DNA of 64,000 nt, from NCBI GenBank assembly GCA_904063045.1, contig CAJFCJ010000059.1:77763-141762 (forward strand), read 5' to 3'. Below, piece after piece: positions 38,030-52,199 of the stretch; position 1 is the first letter of the stretch; each line of letters starts with the position of its first letter. Under the pieces are notes generated by a model that ran no database searches, was not told where the DNA came from, and was given only the letters and a program-made list of their open reading frames with translations. A program made the translations under genes and the position numbers. The DNA comes from Dimorphilus gyrociliatus (taxonomy: Eukaryota > Animalia > Annelida).

Positions 38030-38450
38030 AGAAGACTTTTCTAAAACTTGAGATGAAGTTATCTGACGCTTCTCAAATTTTTCCCAAATCATAAAAATTT
38101 TAATTTGCAAATTCTTATAAAGCTTTCTTTCATATCTGATCATCTTTTTTTCTAATAGCATTCTCTGATATGCTATAGTATAAGGTCTTCTTCCCTTTTC
38201 AATTCATCTACCATAGAATAGAATGATAAATTAGTGCCAATATTTCCATTTAAACAATTATGGAACCCTTCCGCATCATTATTTGTTCTTATTGGACATT
38301 GATATATGGACCATTTTTTGGTCTTTTCAAAATAATCAATAAAATCATCAAGTTCATTAATTGATTTAAGGTAGTCGTTTATTTTTGTAAATTCTAATGG
38401 AATAATATGAGATGGAAGAAATGGCAAAGCCATAACTGTCTCATTTCAAA
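38030..38450 (-). pseudogene. MULE transposase C-terminal fragment
   Basis: MALPFLP...FIDYFEKT...WSIYQCPIRTNNDAEGFHN matches 34290-34500. Confidence 0.8.
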
Positions 38451-39154
38451 CCATTGTTTTAACAGAAACCCAAAACATTCCACCAACAAAAAAAACTGGT
38501 GGAAAATTTGAACATATTTTCACTCAATACTTATCAATTGTTATTATACAAGTTTGATATAAATGTCATTTCTTAAAAAAATCTTCCAATTTATTCAATA
38601 CATTATAATACTTGAATTATTTATGGCCGGTATGACAAAAACAAGAGAATGGAATGAAGAGAAGATCTCATGAAGATCACTGGAGCGAGAATGCTGATGT
38701 AACAAATTGTTGAATTTGACATATATTGCTTGTAACAGTGTATGCAAAAATCGAAATTCAAGTCTTTCACTTCATCTTCGCCATTTAAACAGTCATTGTA
38801 AATGGCTGTAAATGTCTAAAAAATATTGCAATTCTCATAATGATTGCTCGATAAATGAAATATTTACCAATTGAAGAAGATGTAGAAGTTGAAATGAATA
38901 TCTTAACTATCTCTCTTAGAAGTCAATTCAATCAAAAGCCAATGTTTTACAGATCATTAAGCTTGTTCTTCCAGATATCTTTTAGTTTGTTTGATGTTGA
39001 ATAATGTTTACTATTTGCTTGTCCTTCCAGACTCGTCTAATGTCTCTTTTTTTTGAAATACTACTCAAAGAGAGAACACCTAATGTTTGTAGTTGATGGC
39101 AAGAATACTGTAAGAGAAGAAAGACTACTTCTTTATACAGTTATTGTTCTACAA

Positions 39155-39165
39155 ACACACACACA

Positions 39166-39199
<34 letters not shown>

Positions 39200-39200
39200 T
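39155..39200. repeat. Compound (AC)n(TC)n microsatellite
   Basis: acacacacacac followed by a tctctc run. Confidence 0.9.
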
Positions 39201-39339
39201 TCTCATTCAAATCTTTTGTTTATTCAAATTGACTATTCATTAATTATTTCATATAAATTCTAAGCACAAAGTCATCACCTTTCATTTTTAAATTATTCAT
39301 TACATTACATATTAGATATTGGAGTGAGAGCACTGCTCA

Positions 39340-41090
39340 ATGAAATCTCAATATTGCTGCCATAGTTAGGCATAGCTGTTTACCAGCAACACATGCTGTT
39401 GAATACTAATACAGAAACCAGTGATACGTAAGAAAAGTAAGTAGAAATTTTCTACTAATTAGGATTAGGAGGGTTGGAGCTTGTTTATTCTCTCATTTTC
39501 TTCCTCAGAACATTCAGATAAGAAAAATGGTGGAAAAGAATGAATTATTAATATTCTACTATAAAATAATGAAGGAATATTTTGAATCTGACAAAATGTT
39601 TATTTCCTGTTTTGTTAAAAATTCAATTTTAGATTATTCTTTGAAAGTTGAAGATGAAGATAAAGATGATTATGATTTTTTTAATCAATATATTAAATAT
39701 TTGATAACCGAAGAATTTCTACCTATCTTAGAGATTTTAGAGGGCGAACAAGGTCAAAGAAGAATTTTAATTAGGGGTCAAGCAGGTATGGGTAAAACTT
39801 ATCATGCTACGAAGATTTTACATACTTGGATTACTGGTAATAATTTCTTAGAGGACTGTCTTCTCTTATATATTCCCACTTGGAAGAGTTCCAAATATAA
39901 CCTACTCTCAATTCGTCGAGTTCCTCTTCCGTAATAATTTTCCAAAGAATTCAAACTTTAACGAAAAGCTGTTTGAATACTTTTTAAAGAGTACGAATGT
40001 TCAAGTAACACTATTACTAGATGGAGCCAATGAACTACAATTACTTTGGAAGTTTTTTCTATCCTATTAAACTCAATAGGTAAAACTTCTCAGTACACGG
40101 AACTATTACAAGGTGAAAATACTATTGAAACTGGTAAAAAATTCAATTTTTCACTATCTCTCAACTCTTGTAAATGTAATTTTCAATTCATATAACTCTG
40201 TTTATGATTTATCTATTAAGAAAGTATTGAGTGCAACAGTTGGCAAACAAACCCAATTGACAGTTTTGATTTTTGTGGAAAATATACTCAATAGTGATAT
40301 GATTAGAAATATCTTTAAAAATATTCTACTCACCTGCACAAAACTAAAAGAAATATGGTTTGGAAATTGTAGATTTGATTCAGAAATTGCGCTAATAGTT
40401 GGTGAAGCCATTGGGAGGCAATCACAATTGACAGCATTGAATTTTTGGGAATAATTCACTTGGAAGTGATGTGGGGAGAATCATCTTTCAAAATATTAAA
40501 CTCAATTGTACACAATTGGAAATAGTATGGTTTGAAAATTGTGGATTCGATTCCAAAATTGGGAAAACATTTGGGGAAGCAATTGGAAGACAACCACAAT
40601 TGACAACATTGAATTTGAGGAATAATTCACTTGGAAGTGATGTGGGAAGAAATATCTTTAAAAATATTCAAATCAACTGCTTACTATCGGAAAAGATATG
40701 GCTTGAAAATTGCGGATTTGCTTCAGAAATTGGGCATAATAGTTGGGGAAGCCATTGGAAGGCAAAAACAACTCACATCTTTGAATCTTGTTGGTAATTT
40801 ACTTGGAAGTGAAGTTGGAAGAAATATTTTTGAAAACATTTATCTCAACTGCTCAAAATTGAAAGAAATATGGTTTGAAAATTGCCGATCTGATTCAGAA
40901 ATTGGGTAAATAGTAGGCGAAGCAATTGGAAGGCAAACACAGCTGACAATTTTACATCTTGGAGATAATTCACTTGGAAGTGATATTGGAAGAATTATCT
41001 TTGATAACATTAAATTCAACTGCACAAAATTGAAACAAGTATTGTTTCAAAATTGTGGATTCAATTCAGAAATTGGGCACATCTTCCACT
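39340..41090 (+). pseudogene. NACHT-LRR (NLR-like) pseudogene
   Basis: Walker A RRILIRGQAGMGKT (39760-39800); Walker B TLLLDGANEL (~40010-40040); RI-like LRRs (QLTTLNLRNNSLGSDVGRNIF / LKEIWFENC) over 40220-41070, with frameshifts and stops. Only ~200 bp separate Walker B from the LRRs, so much of the NACHT is missing. Confidence 0.82.
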
Positions 41091-41887
41091 TTGTTGGAAA
41101 TACAGAGAAGAAAAATGATAAAATTTGTTTTGACAAGTCTCCTAATCAATCATTTAAAGGTTTGAAAGTTTATATCATCTTGAAAAAAAATTGTAGATTT
41201 TATTTTTTGTTAATTCACATCCTTCCAAGCAAACTAGTAGTAGTCAACTTTTCAAAAATATCTCTAACTAACCCTTCTTCAATTCAAATTGGCTAATTGT
41301 ATATCTAGGTTTTTTGGGCCAGACTGATTCAGAGTCCGTTAACCCTAACCCTAACCACTGAAATGATTTATGTGACGCAATCCAATTACTATGGTGATGA
41401 CGTCACAAAAGAAAAATTTGAAAGCAATTTAAAAATCTAGAGAGCTAGAATGAAAATTGGAGAATTATGATAAATTCTTGTTTACTATAATAATCCTTTT
41501 ATGAATATAATACCTAAATATTTACACTACTCAGCGGTATAGATGATCCCATTTAAATGAAAATGAGAAGGTAACCAAGAAAATTAGAGAAGGGAGAACA
41601 AACACCTTGAAAAGATGCAGGTGAAAATTGTTAAATCATTTTTTCTAATATCATATGATGATTTGTTACCATACTGTAAAGTATTGCCAAAGAATACTTT
41701 ATTGAATCATATGAAAGTTATTAAGCATTGTCAAATGTTAAATTTTACATTGCAGATGAGAATAGACTAATTAGGTTAAGGTGTTTAGATAATTGCAATT
41801 TGTTAAAAGTTGGAAAGGTGCCAATAAAAAGTGGATTGGTATGTGGTGTGTGTTAGGTCAACTTTTTCGCCTACTCCTAAAAAACAA

Positions 41888-44306
41888 CTATTTAACAGCT
41901 TTGGTTCGACAGTATAAGCATAACACAATTGCTGCTATGGTAAGAATTACTATTGCAGATCCACTTGAAATGCCTATGATCAAATAAAGCTTGCTTGAAT
42001 TTTCCTCAATCGGTTTTGCAGTAGATGTTGCTGTTGTTACTGCATTGGTTTTTGTTGGGTTTGTAGATTCGTATTTTGTACTTTCATCGTCCGGTTTGTT
42101 CGTAGTAAGTGCATCGATTGCATTGTCTTCTTGTTGAATATATACAACGAATGAAGATGTGCTAGTGCAAGGATTGTCGGATCTGTCGTAAACGATTACG
42201 TAATTTTCATACCTTCCAATTGGCAGAGGATATTTTTTGGTTATAATTTCCGATGAATTTTCTCTTAAACCAATCATACCTAAATCTTGGGGAATGCTAA
42301 TCATTTCATATACCATTTGACCTTTTGAACCCAAATCATTATCAGTTGTTTCTATTCTCGTCACGAGAGATCCTTGCAACTTTCCAGTATGTAAGATTAT
42401 TCTATCATCGAATTGAGGATGTTCAATGACAGCGCAATCATTTATATCATTCACATTAATGATGACTAATGCTGTTGAAGATAATTTTGCTGGTGTATTC
42501 TCAACTGCAATTACTTCAACGTGATATATTCCTGGTTGATACTTTCCATTTGATTGTAAAATTCCCGTTATCTCATCGATTTTTACAGAGATATTTCTGT
42601 TGGATAGAGTATACAACAACCCTTGAGTGGACCCTGTATCGGTATCTTTCGCTTGAATTCTGACAAGATACTCATCAGTTGGAATCGACTCGTCAACATA
42701 GACTGTATAATTTTCTTGAAGGAATTGCGGTTTTTCTATATTTGGCAATGCCACTTGTGAGCAATCATCTCCCATAAATCCTCTCTTGCACCGACAAACA
42801 TTCGGCTCAATGCAAAGACCATTCCCAAAACAATTGGATTTGCCTATGCAAGAAGTTTCTGAGCAAGTTACTCCAAACCACGATTGATCGCAGGAGCACT
42901 GATCAAAAGAATCGCAGCTACCGTGACTGGAACAGAAATCCAGCGATTCGCATGAAAATTGTGAACAATCATTGCCAGTGTAGCCTGAATCGCATGCGCA
43001 CTCATTGGGCGAAACACATTTACCATTGACTGTACACGGGGGATTGCATTTGGGTTCGCTACAATTCCTTCCAGTGAATCCACTATCGCAGATACATTCT
43101 GTGGAATTTCTACATATTCCATGGTTAGTGCAATTGTTCAAGTCGGGGCATGCTTCTAACATATCGCATATATCACCGCGAAATCCATCGCTGCACAGAC
43201 ATTTGTTCGGTTCTATACATTCTCCATTCAACGAACAATCCTCTTCGCATACTGGACTGGAACAGGAATCTCCTTCCCATCCTATCTGACATAAACACAC
43301 GTCGAATCCTATGCAAGATCCATGATTTGAACAGTAGTTTACACTTTCGCAGGTATATTCTGAACAAGTTTCTCCTGTATAGCCCTTTTGACATTTACAT
43401 TTATTATGAGCTATACATAGACCATCGTTTGAACATCCTCTAGGGCATCTGGCTACTTCTGAACAATTGTTTGTTGTCCAACCTTCTTCGCATTCGCAAA
43501 CATCTGTTCGAATGCAAATTCCTCTGAATGAACAGTTGCCTTCGCAAGTAGCCACAATATCACATTTTGGTCCTTCGAAACCCTTGTCACAAGAACAAAA
43601 TCCTTCGGAACAGTTTCCGTATATGCATTCTCCACACACCCCAGTTTGGCAATAATCTCCGGACCATCCATCAATGCATACGCAAACTTTATCCTTGCAC
43701 AATCCTCTATTTGAACATTGATTTTTGCATTGTTTCGAAGTTAAAACACCTTGCTTCGCTATTGATGGATCATCAGAGAGAACAACGTCATAGATACATT
43801 TGTTTTTGTCATCATTTCCAAGATCGTTCGATGAGCATAGCTGAGATGCCAGATCAATTTTTGATTGGGGTACACTTTCAAGGTTGTATATAGGTTTATG
43901 AGTTGTATTTGTGTAACTAGAATCCATCGGGTCGTCCTTGTGAAAGTTGGACAAAGTAAAAGACCAAGAATTGAACAGACCTCCATTATTTCGAGTAGTA
44001 TTCATCATTCTCCATGATTCAACGAAATCAATATGGGAAGAAAACTCTTGACCATTTGGACCTTTGAAATCGTCATTTTCATAGTCGTTCATTAATCCAC
44101 ACAATCCAGTTGTCTGATTGAACATTTTTGCTCCAGCAGTTACTGACAAACTTAGGTATTGACGGTGTATTTTTCCACTGAATGAAGTTATCAGTGAAAT
44201 TGATTCTCCACTCTGAAATTTCACGGATACAATGAGAATTGAAGGATCATTTTGATCCAATAATTGAGATTTTGGTGAAATATCAACGCGAATAGAGTCA
44301 TTATCG
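41888..44306 (-). CDS. Type I membrane protein: vWD C-terminal part, many EGF repeats, two cadherin-like repeats, TM (VWDE-like); N-terminus lost in the gap
   Basis: TTGLCGLMNDYENDDF...FVESW (vWD); ~12 EGF-like units (CxxxCSxxGxC...CxCxxGWxGxxC); PQFLQENYTVYVDE...AKDTD and VNDINDC...DNDLG (cadherin); TM LYLIIGISSGSAIVILTIAAIVLCLYC. Uninterrupted 800+ codon frame. Confidence 0.88.
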
Positions 44307-44639
44307 NNNNNNNNNNNNNNNNNNNNNNNNNNNNNNNNNNNNNNNNNNNNNNNNNNNNNNNNNNNNNNNNNNNNNNNNNNNNNNNNNNNNNNNNNNNNNN
44401 NNNNNNNNNNNNNNNNNNNNNNNNNNNNNNNNNNNNNNNNNNNNNNNNNNNNNNNNNNNNNNNNNNNNNNNNNNNNNNNNNNNNNNNNNNNNNNNNNNNN
44501 NNNNNNNNNNNNNNNNNNNNNNNNNNNNNNNNNNNNNNNNNNNNNNNNNNNNNNNNNNNNNNNNNNNNNNNNNNNNNNNNNNNNNNNNNNNNNNNNNNNN
44601 NNNNNNNNNNNNNNNNNNNNNNNNNNNNNNNNNNNNNNN
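44307..44639. other. Assembly gap (333 N)
   Basis: Run of N. Confidence 1.
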
Positions 44640-45206
44640 CCCAACCCCCTAACCTAACCTAACCTAACCTAACCCTAACCTAACCCTAACCCCTAACCTA
44701 ACCCTAACCCTAACCTAACCCTAACCTAACCTAACCTAACCCTAACCCTAACCCTAACCTAACCCTAACCCTAACCCTAACCTAACCCTAACCCTAACCC
44801 TAACCCTAACCTAACCCTAAACCTAACCCTAACCCTAACCCTAACCCTAACCCTAACCCCTAACCCTAACCCTAACCTAACCCTAACCCTAACCTAACCC
44901 TAACCCTAACCCTAACCTAACCTAACCCTAACCCTAACCCCTAACCCTAACCCCCTAACCCTAACCCTAACCCTAACCCTAACCCTAACCTAACCCTAAC
45001 CTAACCTAACCCTAACCCTAACCCTAACCCTAACCCTAACCCTAACCCTAACCCTAACCCTAACCTAACCCTAACCTAACCTAACCCTAACCCTAACCTA
45101 ACCCTAACCCTAACCCTAACCCTAACCCTAACCTAACCTAACCCTAACCTAACCTAACCCTAACCCTAACCCCTAACCCTAACCCTAAACCCTAACCTAA
45201 CCCTAA
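44640..45206 (+). repeat. Telomeric repeat array (CCCTAA)n with interspersed CCTAA variants; orientation places the chromosome end to the left
   Basis: About 570 bp of CCCTAA/CCTAA directly after the gap. Confidence 0.97.
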
Positions 45207-45484
45207 TTTTCTAACTTACATTCACCACACATTCAAAAATTCTAAACAACAGACAAATAAAAATAAAAACATGAAACATTTATCTTATAAACATCAAAGC
45301 AACAAAAGAGTTTCTCATGCAATGTAGAACTCAGTAAAACAACTATACAATCATCAAATACTTAGCTACAAACTCACAAACATCAATACAACCAAACAAT
45401 TTTTATGCAAGGCAGGACTCAGTTATAGAATTGATCTTAGCCTCCCTTTCAAAGGTAGCAGTAAGTGTAGCTATCTTCTAAAAA

Positions 45485-45534
45485 TGACCCTGATGAGTCT
45501 TTGCAAAAGGGGAAGACGAAACCATGGTAGGTCA
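45485..45534 (+). ncRNA. Minimal type I hammerhead ribozyme (first of 10 copies)
   Basis: UGACC-CUGAUGA-GUCUU(UGCAAAAGGGG)AAGAC-GAAAC-CAUG-GUA-GGUCA: stem I UGACC/GGUCA, stem II GUCUU/AAGAC, palindromic stem III ACCAUGGU, predicted cleavage after A45529. Other copies start at 46159, 46833, 47508, 48183, 49134, 49809, 50484, 51159 and 51834. Confidence 0.92.
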
Positions 45535-48500
45535 AAAATTCTTTGGCAATCATTTGAAAACTCAACACATTGATCAAAATAAAACATACATTCAACAAAA
45601 AAGTTCATTCTTCATAGTTGTACAAAAAGTTCTTACTCTTGCATTCCATCTTGGGATCTCCTGAAACTTTCGATGAAAGTTATTCGACTTTTGTCAGAAC
45701 TCAGATCTTAGTGTCTAGTTCAACATTATGAAAACCTAATCAGAAGTAAGGAGAGTCAAGAGGTTTGAGGAACAGTACAACTTGCACTTTACATCTCATC
45801 AACAAAAAATACAAACAAATTGAAACACAAACATAGATGCAATCATTTATTCAAATATTACAAAAATCAATATAAGACAATTTTCTAACTTACATTCACC
45901 ACACATTCAAAAATTCTAAACAACAGACAAATAAAAATAAAAACATGAAACATTTATCTTATAAACATCAAAGCAACAAAAGAGTTTCTCATGCAATGTA
46001 GAACTCAGTAAAACAACTATACAATCATCAAATACTTAGCTACAAACTCACAAACATCAATACAACCAAACAATTTTTATGCAAGGCAGGACTCAGTTAT
46101 AGAATTGATCTTAGCCTCCCTTTCAAAGGTAGCAGTAAGTGTAGCTATCTTCTAAAAATGACCCTGATGAGTCTTTGCAAAAGGGGAAGACGAAACCATG
46201 GTAGGTCAAAAATTCTTTGGCAATCATTTGAAAACTCAACACATTGATCAAAATAAAACATACATTCAACAAAAAAGTTCATTCTTCATAGTTGTACAAA
46301 AAGTTCTTACTCTTGCATTCCATCTTGGGATCTCCTGAAACTTTCGATGAAAGTTATTCGACTTTTGTCAGAACTCAGATCTTAGTGTCTAGTTCAACAT
46401 TATGAAAACCTAATCAGAAGTAAGGAGAGTCAAGAGGTTTGAGGAACAGTACAACTTGCACTTTACATCTCATCAACAAAAAATACAAACAAATTGAAAC
46501 ACAAACATAGATGCAATCATTTATTCAAATATTACAAAAATCAATATAAGACAATTTTCTAACTTACATTCACCACACATTCAAAAATTCTAAACAACAG
46601 ACAAATAAAAATAAAAACATGAAACATTTATCTTATAAACATCAAAGCAACAAAAGAGTTTCTCATGCAATGTAGAACTCAGTAAAACAACTATACAATC
46701 ATCAAATACTTAGCTACAAACTCACAAACATCAATACAACCAAACAATTTTTATGCAAGGCAGGACTCAGTTATAGAATTGATCTTAGCCTCCCTTTCAA
46801 AGGTAGCAGTAAGTGTAGCTATCTTCTAAAAATGACCCTGATGAGTCTTTGCAAAAGGGGAAGACGAAACCATGGTAGGTCAAAAATTCTTTGGCAATCA
46901 TTTGAAAACTCAACACATTGATCAAAATAAAACATACATTCAACAAAAAAGTTCATTCTTCATAGTTGTACAAAAAGTTCTTACTCTTGCATTCCATCTT
47001 GGGATCTCCTGAAACTTTCGATGAAAGTTATTCGACTTTTGTCAGAACTCAGATCTTAGTGTCTAGTTCAACATTATGAAAACCTAATCAGAAGTAAGGA
47101 GAGTCAAGAGGTTTGAGGAACAGTACAACTTGCACTTTACATCTCATCAACAAAAAAATACAAACAAATTGAAACACAAACATAGATGCAATCATTTATT
47201 CAAATATTACAAAAATCAATATAAGACAATTTTCTAACTTACATTCACCACACATTCAAAAATTCTAAACAACAGACAAATAAAAATAAAAACATGAAAC
47301 ATTTATCTTATAAACATCAAAGCAACAAAAGAGTTTCTCATGCAATGTAGAACTCAGTAAAACAACTATACAATCATCAAATACTTAGCTACAAACTCAC
47401 AAACATCAATACAACCAAACAATTTTTATGCAAGGCAGGACTCAGTTATAGAATTGATCTTAGCCTCCCTTTCAAAGGTAGCAGTAAGTGTAGCTATCTT
47501 CTAAAAATGACCCTGATGAGTCTTTGCAAAAGGGGAAGACGAAACCATGGTAGGTCAAAAATTCTTTGGCAATCATTTGAAAACTCAACACATTGATCAA
47601 AATAAAACATACATTCAACAAAAAAGTTCATTCTTCATAGTTGTACAAAAAGTTCTTACTCTTGCATTCCATCTTGGGATCTCCTGAAACTTTCGATGAA
47701 AGTTATTCGACTTTTGTCAGAACTCAGATCTTAGTGTCTAGTTCAACATTATGAAAACCTAATCAGAAGTAAGGAGAGTCAAGAGGTTTGAGGAACAGTA
47801 CAACTTGCACTTTACATCTCATCAACAAAAAAATACAAACAAATTGAAACACAAACATAGATGCAATCATTTATTCAAATATTACAAAAATCAATATAAG
47901 ACAATTTTCTAACTTACATTCACCACACATTCAAAAATTCTAAACAACAGACAAATAAAAATAAAAACATGAAACATTTATCTTATAAACATCAAAGCAA
48001 CAAAAGAGTTTCTCATGCAATGTAGAACTCAGTAAAACAACTATACAATCATCAAATACTTAGCTACAAACTCACAAACATCAATACAACCAAACAATTT
48101 TTATGCAAGGCAGGACTCAGTTATAGAATTGATCTTAGCCTCCCTTTCAAAGGTAGCAGTAAGTGTAGCTATCTTCTAAAAATGACCCTGATGAGTCTTT
48201 GCAAAAGGGGAAGACGAAACCATGGTAGGTCAAAAATTCTTTGGCAATCATTTGAAAACTCAACACATTGATCAAAATAAAACATACATTCAACAAAAAA
48301 GTTCATTCTTCATAGTTGTACAAAAAGTTCTTACTCTTGCATTCCATCTTGGGATCTCCTGAAACTTTCGATGAAAGTTATTCGACTTTTGTCAGAACTC
48401 AGATCTTAGTGTCTAGTTCAACATTATGAAAACCTAATCAGAAGTAAGGAGAGTCAAGAGGTTTGAGGAACAGTACAACTTGCACTTTACATCTCATCAA

Positions 48501-48760
48501 CAAAAAAATACAAACAAATTGAAACACAAACATAGATGCAATCATTTATTCAAATATTACAAAATCAATATAAGACAATTTTCTAACTTACATTCACCAC
48601 ACATTCAAAAATTCTAAACAACAGACAAATAAAAATAAAAACATGAAACATTTATCTTATAAACATCAAAGCAACAAAAGAGTTTCTCATGCAATGTAGA
48701 ACTCAGTAAAACAACTATACAATCATCAAATACTTAGCTACAAACTCACAAACATCAATA

Positions 48761-48863
<103 letters not shown>

Positions 48864-51800
48864 AATTACATTCACCACACATTCAAAAATTCTAAACAAC
48901 AGACAAATAAAAATAAAAACATGAAACATTTATCTTATAAACATCAAACAACAAAAGAGTTTCTCATGCAATGTAGAACTCAGTAAAACAACTATACAAT
49001 CATCAAATACTTAGCTACAAACTCACAAACATCAATACAACCAAACAATTTTTATGCAAGGCAGGACTCAGTTATAGAATTGATCTTAGCCTCCCTTTCA
49101 AAGGTAGCAGTAAGTGTAGCTATCTTCTAAAAATGACCCTGATGAGTCTTTGCAAAAGGGGAAGACGAAACCATGGTAGGTCAAAAATTCTTTGGCAATC
49201 ATTTGAAAACTCAACACATTGATCAAAATAAAACATACATTCAACAAAAAAGTTCATTCTTCATAGTTGTACAAAAAGTTCTTACTCTTGCATTCCATCT
49301 TGGGATCTCCTGAAACTTTCGATGAAAGTTATTCGACTTTTGTCAGAACTCAGATCTTAGTGTCTAGTTCAACATTATGAAAACCTAATCAGAAGTAAGG
49401 AGAGTCAAGAGGTTTGAGGAACAGTACAACTTGCACTTTACATCTCATCAACAAAAAAATACAAACAAATTGAAACACAAACATAGATGCAATCATTTAT
49501 TCAAATATTACAAAAATCAATATAAGACAATTTTCTAACTTACATTCACCACACATTCAAAAATTCTAAACAACAGACAAATAAAAATAAAAACATGAAA
49601 CATTTATCTTATAAACATCAAAGCAACAAAAGAGTTTCTCATGCAATGTAGAACTCAGTAAAACAACTATACAATCATCAAATACTTAGCTACAAACTCA
49701 CAAACATCAATACAACCAAACAATTTTTATGCAAGGCAGGACTCAGTTATAGAATTGATCTTAGCCTCCCTTTCAAAGGTAGCAGTAAGTGTAGCTATCT
49801 TCTAAAAATGACCCTGATGAGTCTTTGCAAAAGGGGAAGACGAAACCATGGTAGGTCAAAAATTCTTTGGCAATCATTTGAAAACTCAACACATTGATCA
49901 AAATAAAACATACATTCAACAAAAAAGTTCATTCTTCATAGTTGTACAAAAAGTTCTTACTCTTGCATTCCATCTTGGGATCTCCTGAAACTTTCGATGA
50001 AAGTTATTCGACTTTTGTCAGAACTCAGATCTTAGTGTCTAGTTCAACATTATGAAAACCTAATCAGAAGTAAGGAGAGTCAAGAGGTTTGAGGAACAGT
50101 ACAACTTGCACTTTACATCTCATCAACAAAAAAATACAAACAAATTGAAACACAAACATAGATGCAATCATTTATTCAAATATTACAAAAATCAATATAA
50201 GACAATTTTCTAACTTACATTCACCACACATTCAAAAATTCTAAACAACAGACAAATAAAAATAAAAACATGAAACATTTATCTTATAAACATCAAAGCA
50301 ACAAAAGAGTTTCTCATGCAATGTAGAACTCAGTAAAACAACTATACAATCATCAAATACTTAGCTACAAACTCACAAACATCAATACAACCAAACAATT
50401 TTTATGCAAGGCAGGACTCAGTTATAGAATTGATCTTAGCCTCCCTTTCAAAGGTAGCAGTAAGTGTAGCTATCTTCTAAAAATGACCCTGATGAGTCTT
50501 TGCAAAAGGGGAAGACGAAACCATGGTAGGTCAAAAATTCTTTGGCAATCATTTGAAAACTCAACACATTGATCAAAATAAAACATACATTCAACAAAAA
50601 AGTTCATTCTTCATAGTTGTACAAAAAGTTCTTACTCTTGCATTCCATCTTGGGATCTCCTGAAACTTTCGATGAAAGTTATTCGACTTTTGTCAGAACT
50701 CAGATCTTAGTGTCTAGTTCAACATTATGAAAACCTAATCAGAAGTAAGGAGAGTCAAGAGGTTTGAGGAACAGTACAACTTGCACTTTACATCTCATCA
50801 ACAAAAAAATACAAACAAATTGAAACACAAACATAGATGCAATCATTTATTCAAATATTACAAAAATCAATATAAGACAATTTTCTAACTTACATTCACC
50901 ACACATTCAAAAATTCTAAACAACAGACAAATAAAAATAAAAACATGAAACATTTATCTTATAAACATCAAAGCAACAAAAGAGTTTCTCATGCAATGTA
51001 GAACTCAGTAAAACAACTATACAATCATCAAATACTTAGCTACAAACTCACAAACATCAATACAACCAAACAATTTTTATGCAAGGCAGGACTCAGTTAT
51101 AGAATTGATCTTAGCCTCCCTTTCAAAGGTAGCAGTAAGTGTAGCTATCTTCTAAAAATGACCCTGATGAGTCTTTGCAAAAGGGGAAGACGAAACCATG
51201 GTAGGTCAAAAATTCTTTGGCAATCATTTGAAAACTCAACACATTGATCAAAATAAAACATACATTCAACAAAAAAGTTCATTCTTCATAGTTGTACAAA
51301 AAGTTCTTACTCTTGCATTCCATCTTGGGATCTCCTGAAACTTTCGATGAAAGTTATTCGACTTTTGTCAGAACTCAGATCTTAGTGTCTAGTTCAACAT
51401 TATGAAAACCTAATCAGAAGTAAGGAGAGTCAAGAGGTTTGAGGAACAGTACAACTTGCACTTTACATCTCATCAACAAAAAAATACAAACAAATTGAAA
51501 CACAAACATAGATGCAATCATTTATTCAAATATTACAAAAATCAATATAAGACAATTTTCTAACTTACATTCACCACACATTCAAAAATTCTAAACAACA
51601 GACAAATAAAAATAAAAACATGAAACATTTATCTTATAAACATCAAAGCAACAAAAGAGTTTCTCATGCAATGTAGAACTCAGTAAAACAACTATACAAT
51701 CATCAAATACTTAGCTACAAACTCACAAACATCAATACAACCAAACAATTTTTATGCAAGGCAGGACTCAGTTATAGAATTGATCTTAGCCTCCCTTTCA

Positions 51801-52080
51801 AAGGTAGCAGTAAGTGTAGCTATCTTCTAAAAATGACCCTGATGAGTCTTTGCAAAAGGGGAAGACGAAACCATGGTAGGTCAAAAATTCTTTGGCAATC
51901 ATTTGAAAACTCAACACATTGATCAAAATAAAACATACATTCAACAAAAAAGTTCATTCTTCATAGTTGTACAAAAAGTTCTTACTCTTGCATTCCATCT
52001 TGGGATCTCCTGAAACTTTCGATGAAAGTTATTCGACTTTTGTCAGAACTCAGATCTTAGTGTCTAGTTCAACATTATGA

Positions 52081-52110
52081 TAACCCTAACCCTAACCCTA
52101 ACCTAACCTA
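52081..52110 (+). repeat. Short telomeric tract between satellite and 5'-truncated PLE
   Basis: TAACCCTAACCCTAACCCTAACCTAACCTA. Confidence 0.95.
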
Positions 52111-52199
52111 AGGTCTCCTTTCCCATTTCAAAATCCAGACATTCTGAAATCATCTCCATCCTCTCCAACCTCAACAAGGAGGACTTCCTTACAAATAGG

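Noticed and set aside
41370-41410. TGACGTCA (CRE) and CCAAT motifs as a promoter (also TGACGTCA at 23480)
   Set aside because: Short motifs alone do not establish a promoter, and no transcript start can be inferred.
44307-44644. N-terminal M and X residues of ORF 41888..44644
   Set aside because: Artefact of translating through the N gap into telomeric sequence.
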